NCBI GenBank assembly: GCA_028279705.1
Contig: JANQNF010000024.1
Coordinates: 48,257 to 112,256 of the forward strand
Direction of reading: 5' to 3'
Length of the DNA stretch: 64,000 nucleotides
Origin: an archaeon
GTDB taxonomy: Archaea; Aenigmatarchaeota; Aenigmatarchaeia; QMZP01; JAFGSV01
The notes below the pieces were generated by a model. That model saw nothing but the letters and a program-made list of their open reading frames with translations, did not search any database and had not been told where the DNA came from. Made by a program: the position numbers and the translations under genes. Numbering within the stretch: the stretch's first letter is position 1; every line of letters starts with the position of its first letter. Of this stretch, positions 18,215-26,922 are shown piece by piece.

Positions 18215-19030
18215 ATGCAGACCGTTTATTCCCCCGAATGCCTCAAATATGATATTCCGGGCCATCCCGAATGCTCTGGAAGGGTGAGTGCTATATACCA
18301 AGCTCTCAATGACGACGGTCATACGTTCGTGACTCACGAGCCTGCCACAAAAGAAGACGTACTGCTCGTGCATTCCAAGGAGCATTACGATATGGTGAAT
18401 AAGGCTGATTATGCCGGGATAGAGACGCCTCCGATAGACATTAAGTTCCCGCTGCTTTCTGCCGGTGCGGCGATAAAGGCGTCAGAAGTGCTCGGATTTG
18501 CACTGACAAGACCTCCCGGACACCATGCCAGCCGTGACATGCTTGAGGGATTCTGCTACTTCAACAACGTGGCGATAGCCGTCAGGAAACAGGGAAAAAG
18601 AACGGCGATTCTGGACATAGACGTCCACCATGGAAACGGCACGCAGTCCATATTCCTCGGCGATGAAAGCGTCAGGTACGTTTCACTCCACCAGACGCCT
18701 CTTTATCCGATGACTGGACTTAGGTCCGAGCAGAACTGTCACAACTTTCCGCTCATCCCGGACACAAGTGAAAGAGAATACCTGAAGACGCTTGAGCGCG
18801 CACTTGAACTGGTAGAAAGGTTCAGTCCAGAGCTCCTTGCAGTTTCCATGGGTTTTGATACTTTTGAAGGTGATCCTCTTGCAGGGCAGCACCTAACGGC
18901 GAAGGGTTATGAAAAGATTGCTAAGATGATAAGTGACCTGAGCCTGCCGACTTTCATGACGCTTGAGGGCGGCTACAACGTGGAGAAGATCGGCGAGATG
19001 TGCAGACACTTTCTTGACGGATTTGAATGA
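18215..19030 (+). CDS. histone deacetylase/AcuC/acetylpolyamine amidohydrolase family protein
   Basis: RPPGHHA...FCYFNNVAIA...DIDVHHGNGTQ catalytic motifs. Confidence 0.8.
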   Translation: MQTVYSPECLKYDIPGHPECSGRVSAIYQALNDDGHTFVTHEPATKEDVLLVHSKEHYDMVNKADYAGIETPPIDIKFPLLSAGAAIKASEVLGFALTRPPGHHASRDMLEGFCYFNNVAIAVRKQGKRTAILDIDVHHGNGTQSIFLGDESVRYVSLHQTPLYPMTGLRSEQNCHNFPLIPDTSEREYLKTLERALELVERFSPELLAVSMGFDTFEGDPLAGQHLTAKGYEKIAKMISDLSLPTFMTLEGGYNVEKIGEMCRHFLDGFE

Positions 19031-19089
19031 CTTCAAGCCTGTTGAATATATTTAAAAACTTAAATATCAAATAATATCATGAGATATCA

Positions 19090-19278
19090 ATGGATATCTC
19101 AAAGTATGAAATTGAAATAAAGAGGCACGCTTTCATACGCGCAATGGAACGTGGTATAACGCCGGACATGATAGAAGCGACCATAATGGGAGGGAAAGTC
19201 ATAAGGTTTGGCAAGAACAATGTGAAATTCGTTCGGCATTACAAAGATTGCGATGTCTTTGCGTTGACGAGATTGTAG
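19090..19278 (+). CDS. DUF4258-like small protein (putative toxin)
   Basis: 62 aa. The HAFIRAMERGI...IMGGKVI pattern matches DUF4258 as I remember it. Confidence 0.5.
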   Translation: MDISKYEIEIKRHAFIRAMERGITPDMIEATIMGGKVIRFGKNNVKFVRHYKDCDVFALTRL

Positions 19279-19342
19279 GAAAAAGAATAAAGATAGTGAC
19301 AATAGTCAGGAGACAATGAGCAGAGTTAATCGAGGTGGTAAA

Positions 19343-19648
19343 ATGAAAAAATGTGGTGATTGCAGAGGAAAAATGGAAGAGAAGGAATCCAAGACTCCCG
19401 AGGGAGTGAAATACAAGTATTCCAAATGCAATAAATGCGGTGAGGAAGTTGTCGGCATGCTCCAGCTGCGCGAAGTTTCTGTCAAATACAGGGCACTGAA
19501 ACTTTTTCACGCTAAAATGACGCAGTGGGGGCAGAGCCTTGGCGTGAGGATACCAAAAGAGCTTGTTGAAAGGTATCAGTTCAAGCCCAACGAGGAAGTT
19601 ACGATAATCCCGGAAAAGGAAGGGATAAGAATAATGACATGCAAGTGA
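19343..19648 (+). CDS. Zn-ribbon + SpoVT/AbrB-domain protein (putative antitoxin/regulator)
   Basis: CGDC...CNKC zinc ribbon, then GQSLGVRIPKELVERYQFKPNEEVTIIPEKEGIRI (AbrB/MazE swapped hairpin). GAGGTGGT lies upstream of the internal ATG at 19343. Confidence 0.55.
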   Translation: MKKCGDCRGKMEEKESKTPEGVKYKYSKCNKCGEEVVGMLQLREVSVKYRALKLFHAKMTQWGQSLGVRIPKELVERYQFKPNEEVTIIPEKEGIRIMTCK

Positions 19649-19660
19649 TTTGAGTTAATA

Positions 19661-20710
19661 CTAGCTCTTCTTCATTATGTAGGTGTCGGTGTCCTTCACA
19701 GGGTCGAGGAACTTGCACGATTTGAGTATGCTTCGGACTTCCTTTTCGTCGAATCCGAACTCCTTTGCGACGGCTTTCTCAGATATCACCGTCCGATCCG
19801 AGACGACGTCTCCGATCTTTTTTAGCCTGCCTGTGAAATTCAGCGCTTCCTTCTTTTGGTTGAACCAGTCGGAATAGCCAACCGTCAGCGGATGCCTGAT
19901 GTTGAAGTTTAGGTGGCCGTTCTTTGGCTCTGCCAGGAACAGCGAAAAGCTGCTGTCAGAGAACTTGTTGACAAAATGTGCCATCTCGATTCCAGCACCC
20001 TCGCTGACGAGCACTATTATCTTGTAGCCCTTCATCTTCCTTGCTTCCTTGTGGATGTATGCGTTTAACGCGTTCTCGTCGAATATTCCCCTTGAGTCGT
20101 AAGGAGTCACGAGAATGCTTAACCTTGTCTTTTTGAAGAACCATTTCTTGCTGTACACCTCGATTAGGTAGTCACCCTCATTCTTTTCGGACCTGAACTT
20201 GGCCTTCTTCACAAACTGCGTGGGAGTCCAGTCAATCGGGCCGTTTTGCTCCATCTTCTTTTGAAGCTGCCTTGAGAATTCAGAAGCGTAATACTGCAGC
20301 TTTGAGATCCTGCTCTCCTCGTGGTTATCCAGGACGCCTTTTAAGTCCACCTTAATTTCAGGCCCGTCTTCTTCCCCGAACACTTCCTTTTTGTCAGGGT
20401 CCTCCTCTTTCTCGTCTACGATATTTTTGGTGTGCTTTGTGCAGAACTTGTACTTGTGGACGTCCCAGCAGTCGTGGCATATGAGGTTTTCGCAGCCTTC
20501 CCACATGCATTTTCCAGCCCAGTCGGTCCTTGAACTTATCTTCCTGCCACACCTTGAGCAGAACTGCATGTTCTTATCGGAAAGCATCTCGTCGAGCTTC
20601 TCTTTTGCTTCCCGTTCCCTTTGGGCTATGTCAATTTCAAGGTCCTTTCTTGCAGCTTCCAGTCCCAGTTTCGCATCAGCGTCTTCAGAAACATTTTCCA
20701 TTTCAACCAC
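19661..20710 (-). CDS. Zn-ribbon domain protein, hypothetical (last gene of five-gene operon)
   Basis: CSRCG...C..C.NLICHDC zinc-binding cluster after an acidic coiled-coil N-terminus. Uncharacterised C-terminal alpha/beta domain. Confidence 0.5.
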   Translation of the reverse strand: MVEMENVSEDADAKLGLEAARKDLEIDIAQREREAKEKLDEMLSDKNMQFCSRCGRKISSRTDWAGKCMWEGCENLICHDCWDVHKYKFCTKHTKNIVDEKEEDPDKKEVFGEEDGPEIKVDLKGVLDNHEESRISKLQYYASEFSRQLQKKMEQNGPIDWTPTQFVKKAKFRSEKNEGDYLIEVYSKKWFFKKTRLSILVTPYDSRGIFDENALNAYIHKEARKMKGYKIIVLVSEGAGIEMAHFVNKFSDSSFSLFLAEPKNGHLNFNIRHPLTVGYSDWFNQKKEALNFTGRLKKIGDVVSDRTVISEKAVAKEFGFDEKEVRSILKSCKFLDPVKDTDTYIMKKS

Positions 20711-21206
20711 CGAGTGAGTGTCTTCTCTTCTTGAAAAGCGCCATTAGGTCGAGTATGTACTTTTTGAGCTGATCGCACTTCTTCGGTACGGTTGCACCAC
20801 CCTTGCCCCTGAGAACACTGTCCTGCATGTCCTCAATGAAACCTGCAAGCTTCACAGCGTTTTGCACGAGTGCGGAATCGAACTTTATGAGCCTCATGTA
20901 ATCCTTGTAGTCACCCACTTCGCTCCAGCTCATCTTGAGCCCGAGCTCCAGGAGGAATATGTCAAGCCACTGCATGACCTCGTCAAGGGGTCCTGCACTC
21001 TTCATGTCCTGCTCGCGGTACGCTGCCTCTATCATAGGGAAAAGGAAGTCCCTGGACTTGTTTATCTCATCTGCGACGATCTTTCTGAGTTTCTCGTCTG
21101 TCTTGTCCGTGTGCTTTGGATCCTTGTAGTTGTAGCCTTCTATAAGCTTTTCCATGCTGTTATATTCTTTTTTTACTTGTCCTCTCGCTTTTCCCCATTC
21201 ACTCAT
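20703..21206 (-). CDS. hypothetical alpha-helical protein
   Basis: 167 aa, 8-nt overlap with the downstream gene, no known domain. Confidence 0.45.
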   Translation of the reverse strand: MSEWGKARGQVKKEYNSMEKLIEGYNYKDPKHTDKTDEKLRKIVADEINKSRDFLFPMIEAAYREQDMKSAGPLDEVMQWLDIFLLELGLKMSWSEVGDYKDYMRLIKFDSALVQNAVKLAGFIEDMQDSVLRGKGGATVPKKCDQLKKYILDLMALFKKRRHSLGG

Positions 21207-21207
21207 T

Positions 21208-21726
21208 TTACCACCCTGTAACTATCTTCTCCCTCTCTTTCATGAGGGATGCTATCTCGTCTGTGTATACTTTAATTTTATCCAGATTTTTAATAAAGTA
21301 ATTTTCCCTGCCCTTTTCAAGGAGCGTCCTGTGGAGTGAATGTGCAACCGCTTTCATTTCCCTCACTTTGGTTACGAGCTCCTTGTCCCTCCGTATGAGA
21401 TCTCGTAGATCCTTTTCGACCTTTTTCGTGCAGGCGTCGCACGCTTTCTTGCCTTTCTTGCCGCACGTCCTGCTGACTTCTGCCCTGATTGCAAGCGACC
21501 TCGTCTCGTCCCAGATCGCTTCTGCCGCCATGCTTAACTTGTCGCGCTGCAGTTCAAATCCGACCTGGACCACGTGGAACATGACGTCCTTGACTTTCTT
21601 TATTTCGGAAACGAGGAACTGCTTGACCTTGGCGTCTGTTTCGACAGCGCACTTGACATTGGTGTAGCTGTATTCCGGCACTACGCCTTCCATCATTTCC
21701 ATGATGTCGAAAAAATCATCGGACAT
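21208..21726 (-). CDS. hypothetical alpha-helical protein with CGKKGKKACDAC Cys cluster
   Basis: 172 aa, 1-nt spacing to the next gene. Confidence 0.45.
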   Translation of the reverse strand: MSDDFFDIMEMMEGVVPEYSYTNVKCAVETDAKVKQFLVSEIKKVKDVMFHVVQVGFELQRDKLSMAAEAIWDETRSLAIRAEVSRTCGKKGKKACDACTKKVEKDLRDLIRRDKELVTKVREMKAVAHSLHRTLLEKGRENYFIKNLDKIKVYTDEIASLMKEREKIVTGW

Positions 21727-21730
21727 TCTA

Positions 21731-22879
21731 TCACTTCTTTTTCTTCTCCATCTTCACTTCCAGTTCGGTCTTCTCCTTCTCAGCTTCCTCGACCATCTTC
21801 CTGAGTGTCTCCTTGTCAATCTTTCTTTGCAGGTATTTCTTCTCTGCAGAACCTATCATCTTCTGCAGACCGTCGTACCTTTCCTCAAGAGTGCCGCCGC
21901 TCTCGTCGGGCACTACCTCCTTCAGGGACTCGAGCCCGAGATTTTTCCTCTCGACCTCTTCTGCCATCTTCTGCTTTTCCTTCACGTCCTTTAGCTTCAG
22001 TCCCTCGAGGGCGTCCTTCATGTCCTGCTGGGTTTCCTCTTCCTCTATCTGCATCTCTGCCTCGCGCTTTATGCGCTCCCTCTGCATCTCGTCCAGAGCA
22101 CCTTCCCTTGTCTCGACGGTACCACTTATCTCAGCCATCTCCCTGTCGTGGACTGTCTTTCTGGTGTCCTCCTCCTCGTCGATTCTGGACTTTTCAACGT
22201 CTTCCTTGATTTCCCCGCGCCTTTTGAGATATTCCTTGTAATCTTTAGGGAGTATGAACTCGACCGAAAACGACAGCAGCCTAAGGCCGAACACCTCAAA
22301 CTTCTTCCTCGCCTCGACTTCCACTGCTATTCTTATCTCCTTTTCGACCTTCTTCTCGTCCTGGAGTTCGTCTACGACCTTCTTTTTGACTATCGGTGCC
22401 ATGGATGACACCACTATCTCTTTTCTGAGCTCTGTCCATACGTCCTCCACGCTTAAGATGTTTCTTCGTCCCATCAGAAGCTTCCTTACTTTTTCTGCGT
22501 CAGTGACAGAGAACTTCATCTCTATTGCAGCGTTTATCTCCTTGTCGTCCCCTGTCCAGAGACCTTTGATGTCCTGGTGGATGCTTTTTGGAGACGTGTC
22601 GACAAACACGACGTTCATCTCTGACCCAGAAAACATGCCAGACACTTTGTGCTTTCCTTCCGAAAAGGACCTTACGGGTTCTCCCTCCTTTTCAAGTACA
22701 GCATTTTCGGTCTCGGAGAGCTGTATCTTCTTTCCAAGAAATCCGTCTATCTGTGAGACTGCAACCCTTTGCGAAATCGTCGAATCCGACTTTTCCCACT
22801 TCATGGCCATATGTATCATTTCCCGATGAAATTTATAAGCTTCAGGTTCCCGTTCTCTGCACGACCGAGTCCTTGACAT
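21731..22879 (-). CDS. SPFH/band-7 (flotillin-like) domain protein with long E/K-rich coiled-coil tail (start probably internal, ~22819)
   Basis: N-terminal region with NVVFVDTS...FGLRLLSFSVEFILPKDYKEYLKRR resembling the SPFH core, then about 200 aa of EK-rich coiled coil. Confidence 0.45.
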   Translation of the reverse strand: MSRTRSCREREPEAYKFHREMIHMAMKWEKSDSTISQRVAVSQIDGFLGKKIQLSETENAVLEKEGEPVRSFSEGKHKVSGMFSGSEMNVVFVDTSPKSIHQDIKGLWTGDDKEINAAIEMKFSVTDAEKVRKLLMGRRNILSVEDVWTELRKEIVVSSMAPIVKKKVVDELQDEKKVEKEIRIAVEVEARKKFEVFGLRLLSFSVEFILPKDYKEYLKRRGEIKEDVEKSRIDEEEDTRKTVHDREMAEISGTVETREGALDEMQRERIKREAEMQIEEEETQQDMKDALEGLKLKDVKEKQKMAEEVERKNLGLESLKEVVPDESGGTLEERYDGLQKMIGSAEKKYLQRKIDKETLRKMVEEAEKEKTELEVKMEKKKK

Positions 22880-24566
22880 TTACTACTTTTTTTGTGGCCT
22901 TTCCTTCTTCACCTGAGCCTATCCTCGACCTCTGAACGACAGAATCTATGATGTTTATGACCTTCTTTATTTCAACCTTCTCCACTTCGTGCGCATCGGT
23001 CTCGGATACTATAGTGTGCCTTATTATGTCTGCAATCTTTTCGAGATTTCTGTCTATGTCCTCTTCCTTTTCAGAGTAAAGCTTGAATACGAGGTGTGCA
23101 AGTTCTTCGTCCTTTTTTATGACTGCGGTGAGAAGGTAGTGCTTTCCTTCCAGCTTGAACGAATAAAGTACCATGACTTCCTTTTCGAACTTGTGCTCAG
23201 CTACAAGCGACATGTCCTTGCAGTTTTCCATGATGTGCTTTAGTACAACACCGCCCTTGAGCCCGCGGAACGTGTAGCCCTTCTGGTGATGGAACATCTT
23301 CTTTTCCAGTTCCACGTAAAGCTTCTCGCTTATCGGGTATGCGCTGATGCTATTGTCTATGTGCTTTTTGTTCTCTTCTGCCTTGGTTGCTGCCTCCGAA
23401 ACCTTCTTTGGCTGCGGCTCTGAGGCAAGGACGCTTGCGATGACGGGCTTTATTTCCTCCCCGTATTTCCTCCCCTTCTCATCGTGCATTATTATCCTGC
23501 CTTCGGCTATCTTGTGCCTTCCTGGGATGCCGACCTTCATGCTCCATGCTGCCCCGTACTCCTCTCCTGGCGAAAGCTTGTCGAATTCCTTTGGATTCTG
23601 GTGCGGCACGCTGACTCCTTCGTCGAAGTCCACGTCCACCTTCAGGTCCTGAAGCGGCGTGGACGAAAGGTTCTTGACCAGGATGACAAGCTTGCTCGTC
23701 TTTCCTGCAACCGGGTCAGGGTGCAGGTGCGGCGTTATCTGTATGCTCGGCCGTACGATCACCGACACTGGCCTGATTTCAAAATCCAGCAATTCCCCTT
23801 CGTTGTTGTTCCACGTTATGAAATTGTAGGGTGAACTGAGCTTTCCTATCGTACCTGACGTTTCGTACGAGAAGACGTTGACCTCTCCCGGCTTGAGCTT
23901 CTCTATATCATGCGTAATCTTTGCGTCCCTGTCGCCCACCACCACGTTTGTTATGGTTTCCTTTGTGTGGTTCTCAACTACAATCTCGAATCTTACTTTC
24001 TCACCTTCGCTTACCACTTCCTTGTCTGCGTACTGGTCAACCCTTGGGTGCGATATTGAATGCTTTAGCCTGTTCACTTCACTTTTCAGGTCATCGTCGT
24101 GCTCTATTTCACAGGCCTTGTCATACAGCTTTATTGCCTTGTCCGGCCTTCCCGAATCCTTGCTTGCCTGTGCTGCAGTCTTGTAGCACCACTGCGCGGC
24201 GTAGACGCTTCCTGATTCCTCGAATTTCCTGGCACCCCTCATCGCGTAATCAATAGTATTTTCGTAGTCTCCCTTTCCTTTTGCAGCAAGTGCAGCGGAC
24301 CTGTAGGACCATCCCGCGTTGAACGCGTTTCCTGTCGATTCGCTGTACTCCGCTGACTGGAGCGCATAGTTGATCCCGTCGTCCCATTCCCCGGCCCTTC
24401 TTGCAAGGACAGACAACCTGTGGTACATCCACGCAGCGTTGTCAATGTCGTTTTTTTCCGCACTTTCTTGCGCTTTTTCAAGAAGCTTTGATGCGTGCTT
24501 TTCGTAATCCTTCCTGCTTATGGACGCATCGTCAGAACTTTTTGACAGCATGTTGAAAAGCGACAT
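22842..24566 (-). CDS. TPR-repeat protein with two CARDB/DUF11-like beta-sandwich domains and a C-terminal alpha/beta domain
   Basis: N-terminal TPR-like repeats (AWMYHRLS...AGWSYRSAA...AAQWCYKTAA), beta-sandwich repeats, and a possible roadblock-like C-terminus. Confidence 0.5.
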   Translation of the reverse strand: MSLFNMLSKSSDDASISRKDYEKHASKLLEKAQESAEKNDIDNAAWMYHRLSVLARRAGEWDDGINYALQSAEYSESTGNAFNAGWSYRSAALAAKGKGDYENTIDYAMRGARKFEESGSVYAAQWCYKTAAQASKDSGRPDKAIKLYDKACEIEHDDDLKSEVNRLKHSISHPRVDQYADKEVVSEGEKVRFEIVVENHTKETITNVVVGDRDAKITHDIEKLKPGEVNVFSYETSGTIGKLSSPYNFITWNNNEGELLDFEIRPVSVIVRPSIQITPHLHPDPVAGKTSKLVILVKNLSSTPLQDLKVDVDFDEGVSVPHQNPKEFDKLSPGEEYGAAWSMKVGIPGRHKIAEGRIIMHDEKGRKYGEEIKPVIASVLASEPQPKKVSEAATKAEENKKHIDNSISAYPISEKLYVELEKKMFHHQKGYTFRGLKGGVVLKHIMENCKDMSLVAEHKFEKEVMVLYSFKLEGKHYLLTAVIKKDEELAHLVFKLYSEKEEDIDRNLEKIADIIRHTIVSETDAHEVEKVEIKKVINIIDSVVQRSRIGSGEEGKATKKVVNVKDSVVQRTGT

Positions 24567-24649
24567 AGTTAATAAATGGCAGTAAAAATTATATTAATAC
24601 CGTGCGATGAAGACATGGTTTTTTAAAATTATCACCACTTTCATTATTC

Positions 24650-25642
24650 ATGAGTGGGTACATGGATTTGAGAAGGAGCGCGCTTTCGGGACTTCTCGTC
24701 GGTGAAGACAGTATGCCTGACGGAAACGTTATTGACGTAAAACAATATCCTGATTTCGACAAGAAGATAGGCAACGTCTGGGTAAGGTCAATAGGATATA
24801 AAAGCAGATTTTTCCCAGTTTGCGAAACCGACGAAGACGGTGACACAGAAACGATACACAACGATACAAGCATTCCCGCACTCATTCTTGAAGGAGACAC
24901 CAGCGTGAAAAAGAACGGAAAGGGTGTCATAGCCCTTCATCAGCATGCAAGGGATTATAAACTCGGCAAGAGCGAGGTTGCCGGCCTGAAGAAGGGAAAA
25001 AGCGGGGACATGATGAAATACGGACTTGAGCTGGCGAATAAGGGCTACCATGTAATATGCTTTGATTTCAAGCCCTTTGAGGACAGGCTTGTTACCGATG
25101 AAAAATCTGATGATTACAACGCTGAGAGAATTCTAAAGCAGGAGACTACCGTTGACGGTATAGAACCGATGGGCATCCACGTTCTTGATACGATGAGGGC
25201 TGTTGACGTAATGGGCGATTACTGCGGCATTGAAGATGTTGGCGTGATAGGGCATTCTCTTGGAGGGACTGTCGCTTTATATTCGATGGCATCCGACGAT
25301 AGAATAAAGGCGGGAGTCTCAAACTGCGGCGTTGCGACATTCGATTCCGTCAGGAATGACTACAAAATACATAATTGGGCATGGTCAGTCCACGGCATAA
25401 AGAAGGACTTTGGCGAGTTCCACAAGCTTCTGGAACTGATTTCACCTAGGGCACTCATGATAGCTTCTGGAAAAGGTGACAACATCTTCCCAATAGAAGG
25501 TGCAGAGAATGTCGTCAAGTGGGGAAGTAAGTATTACACAGAATGCCCGGAAAACCTAAAGTTCGAGGCTTTCAATGGCGGGCACACTTTCCCTGAAGAT
25601 GTGCGTAACGGCGCCTACAAGTTCTTTGACGATATGCTTTGA
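24650..25642 (+). CDS. alpha/beta-hydrolase (dienelactone hydrolase / acetyl-xylan-esterase-like)
   Basis: Nucleophile elbow GHSLGG and the architecture of a cap-less alpha/beta hydrolase. Confidence 0.65.
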   Translation: MSGYMDLRRSALSGLLVGEDSMPDGNVIDVKQYPDFDKKIGNVWVRSIGYKSRFFPVCETDEDGDTETIHNDTSIPALILEGDTSVKKNGKGVIALHQHARDYKLGKSEVAGLKKGKSGDMMKYGLELANKGYHVICFDFKPFEDRLVTDEKSDDYNAERILKQETTVDGIEPMGIHVLDTMRAVDVMGDYCGIEDVGVIGHSLGGTVALYSMASDDRIKAGVSNCGVATFDSVRNDYKIHNWAWSVHGIKKDFGEFHKLLELISPRALMIASGKGDNIFPIEGAENVVKWGSKYYTECPENLKFEAFNGGHTFPEDVRNGAYKFFDDML

Positions 25643-25688
25643 ATTTTTAAGCATGTTTTACCAAGAATAGAAAATCTGGGTTTTCATT

Positions 25689-25805
25689 ATGGCAAAGTAC
25701 GAGTGCGTCAAGTGCGGCTGGCAGGGAAAGCCGATGGTGATGGAGCCTGTAACTAAGGTCTGTCCAAAGTGCGGTTCAGTCCAGCTAGAGAAGATAAAGA
25801 AATAG
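25689..25805 (+). CDS. small zinc-ribbon protein (38 aa), not in the ORF track
   Basis: MAKYECVKCGWQGKPMVMEPVTKVCPKCGSVQLEKIKK, two CxxC pairs. Confidence 0.4.
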   Translation: MAKYECVKCGWQGKPMVMEPVTKVCPKCGSVQLEKIKK

Positions 25806-25817
25806 GACCACCCGGTC

Positions 25818-26816
25818 TTATGATACTTTGGGTTCTTCAGGATGCTCTTTGAAGTTTTCATCAGCACGATCCATTTCAGGGAAGTATCTCATTTTTGGTA
25901 TGTCCCTTGATCTACAATACCTTATGTAAAGAATGTCACTTCCCAGGATCTTCTTTATTTCATCCACGATCTCCTTGAACCTGTATTCACTTTCGACTTC
26001 CAGGTCGAATTCTATGTTCGACCCCCCTATTGTCATGTCCTCGTACGTTATGTTTGGATGTGACGATATGAATTCCCTTAAACTCCCTTCATTATCCTTC
26101 TTCTCAAGTTCTATGCCGACTTTATAGTATTTCATTCCGAGCTTTCTCAGGTCAAGGTCGGCCCTGTAGCATAGTATTACACCCATGTCTTCAAGCCTTT
26201 TCATTCGGTAACTCACGTTGGCTGCTGTCATTGAAAGTTTTTCCGCGATTTTCACAAGAGGTTCCCTGGCATTCCCTGAGAGTATTTTCATGAGTTCTAT
26301 GTCGGTACTGTCAATCTTCTCCCTCGCTGATATCCCTATGTGCTTTTTCCAACCGCTTTTTCCGAGATACCCTCTTCCGTGGTAAACTATTTCGTATACG
26401 ACTGCATGATTCTTTTCCATTATGTTTGATTTGAAACGCCTCTCGAAGCGGTCCCATTCTTCCCTGAATTCTGAAAAATCCCTTGTCATGTACATTACGG
26501 TCATGTCCCATACATTCTCCGTTTTCATTATAGCCGATGCGCTCTTGCTGTTCTCCAGGAATTCCTCCATCTTATTCTCCGTCTCACTTGACATGTTCTT
26601 GAAGCGTATGTCTGCCCTGAAGATCAGGTACCCCATTTTTGAGAAGTTGAACAGAGCGTGATAGCCTCTTATCACGCCACGCTTCTCAAGATTCTTTATC
26701 CTGTAATTGACTACTTCCCTGCTGGCGGATACACTATCTGCTATATTTTTCATGGACGACCTGGCGCTCGTGTCGAGCTCAGCTAAAATTTGCAAATCAA
26801 GTTTGTCCATTTTCAT
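25818..26816 (-). CDS. full-length tandem Lrp/AsnC-family transcriptional regulator (paralog of 10221-11228)
   Basis: Two HTH_AsnC plus RAM units (DKLDLQILAELDTSARSSMKNIADSV..., DIELMKILSGNAREPLVKIAEKLSM...). I chose the start at MKMDKL (26816) rather than the extended ORF. Confidence 0.65.
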   Translation of the reverse strand: MKMDKLDLQILAELDTSARSSMKNIADSVSASREVVNYRIKNLEKRGVIRGYHALFNFSKMGYLIFRADIRFKNMSSETENKMEEFLENSKSASAIMKTENVWDMTVMYMTRDFSEFREEWDRFERRFKSNIMEKNHAVVYEIVYHGRGYLGKSGWKKHIGISAREKIDSTDIELMKILSGNAREPLVKIAEKLSMTAANVSYRMKRLEDMGVILCYRADLDLRKLGMKYYKVGIELEKKDNEGSLREFISSHPNITYEDMTIGGSNIEFDLEVESEYRFKEIVDEIKKILGSDILYIRYCRSRDIPKMRYFPEMDRADENFKEHPEEPKVS

Positions 26817-26922
26817 TTTTACAATTTCAATATTCATTTTTAAAATTAATAAAACTTTTTCCGCGGGGTGATCTTTTAAATGTAGTTTTTCGGACCAGTG
26901 TCCCCCGGATGACCAACCGGGT

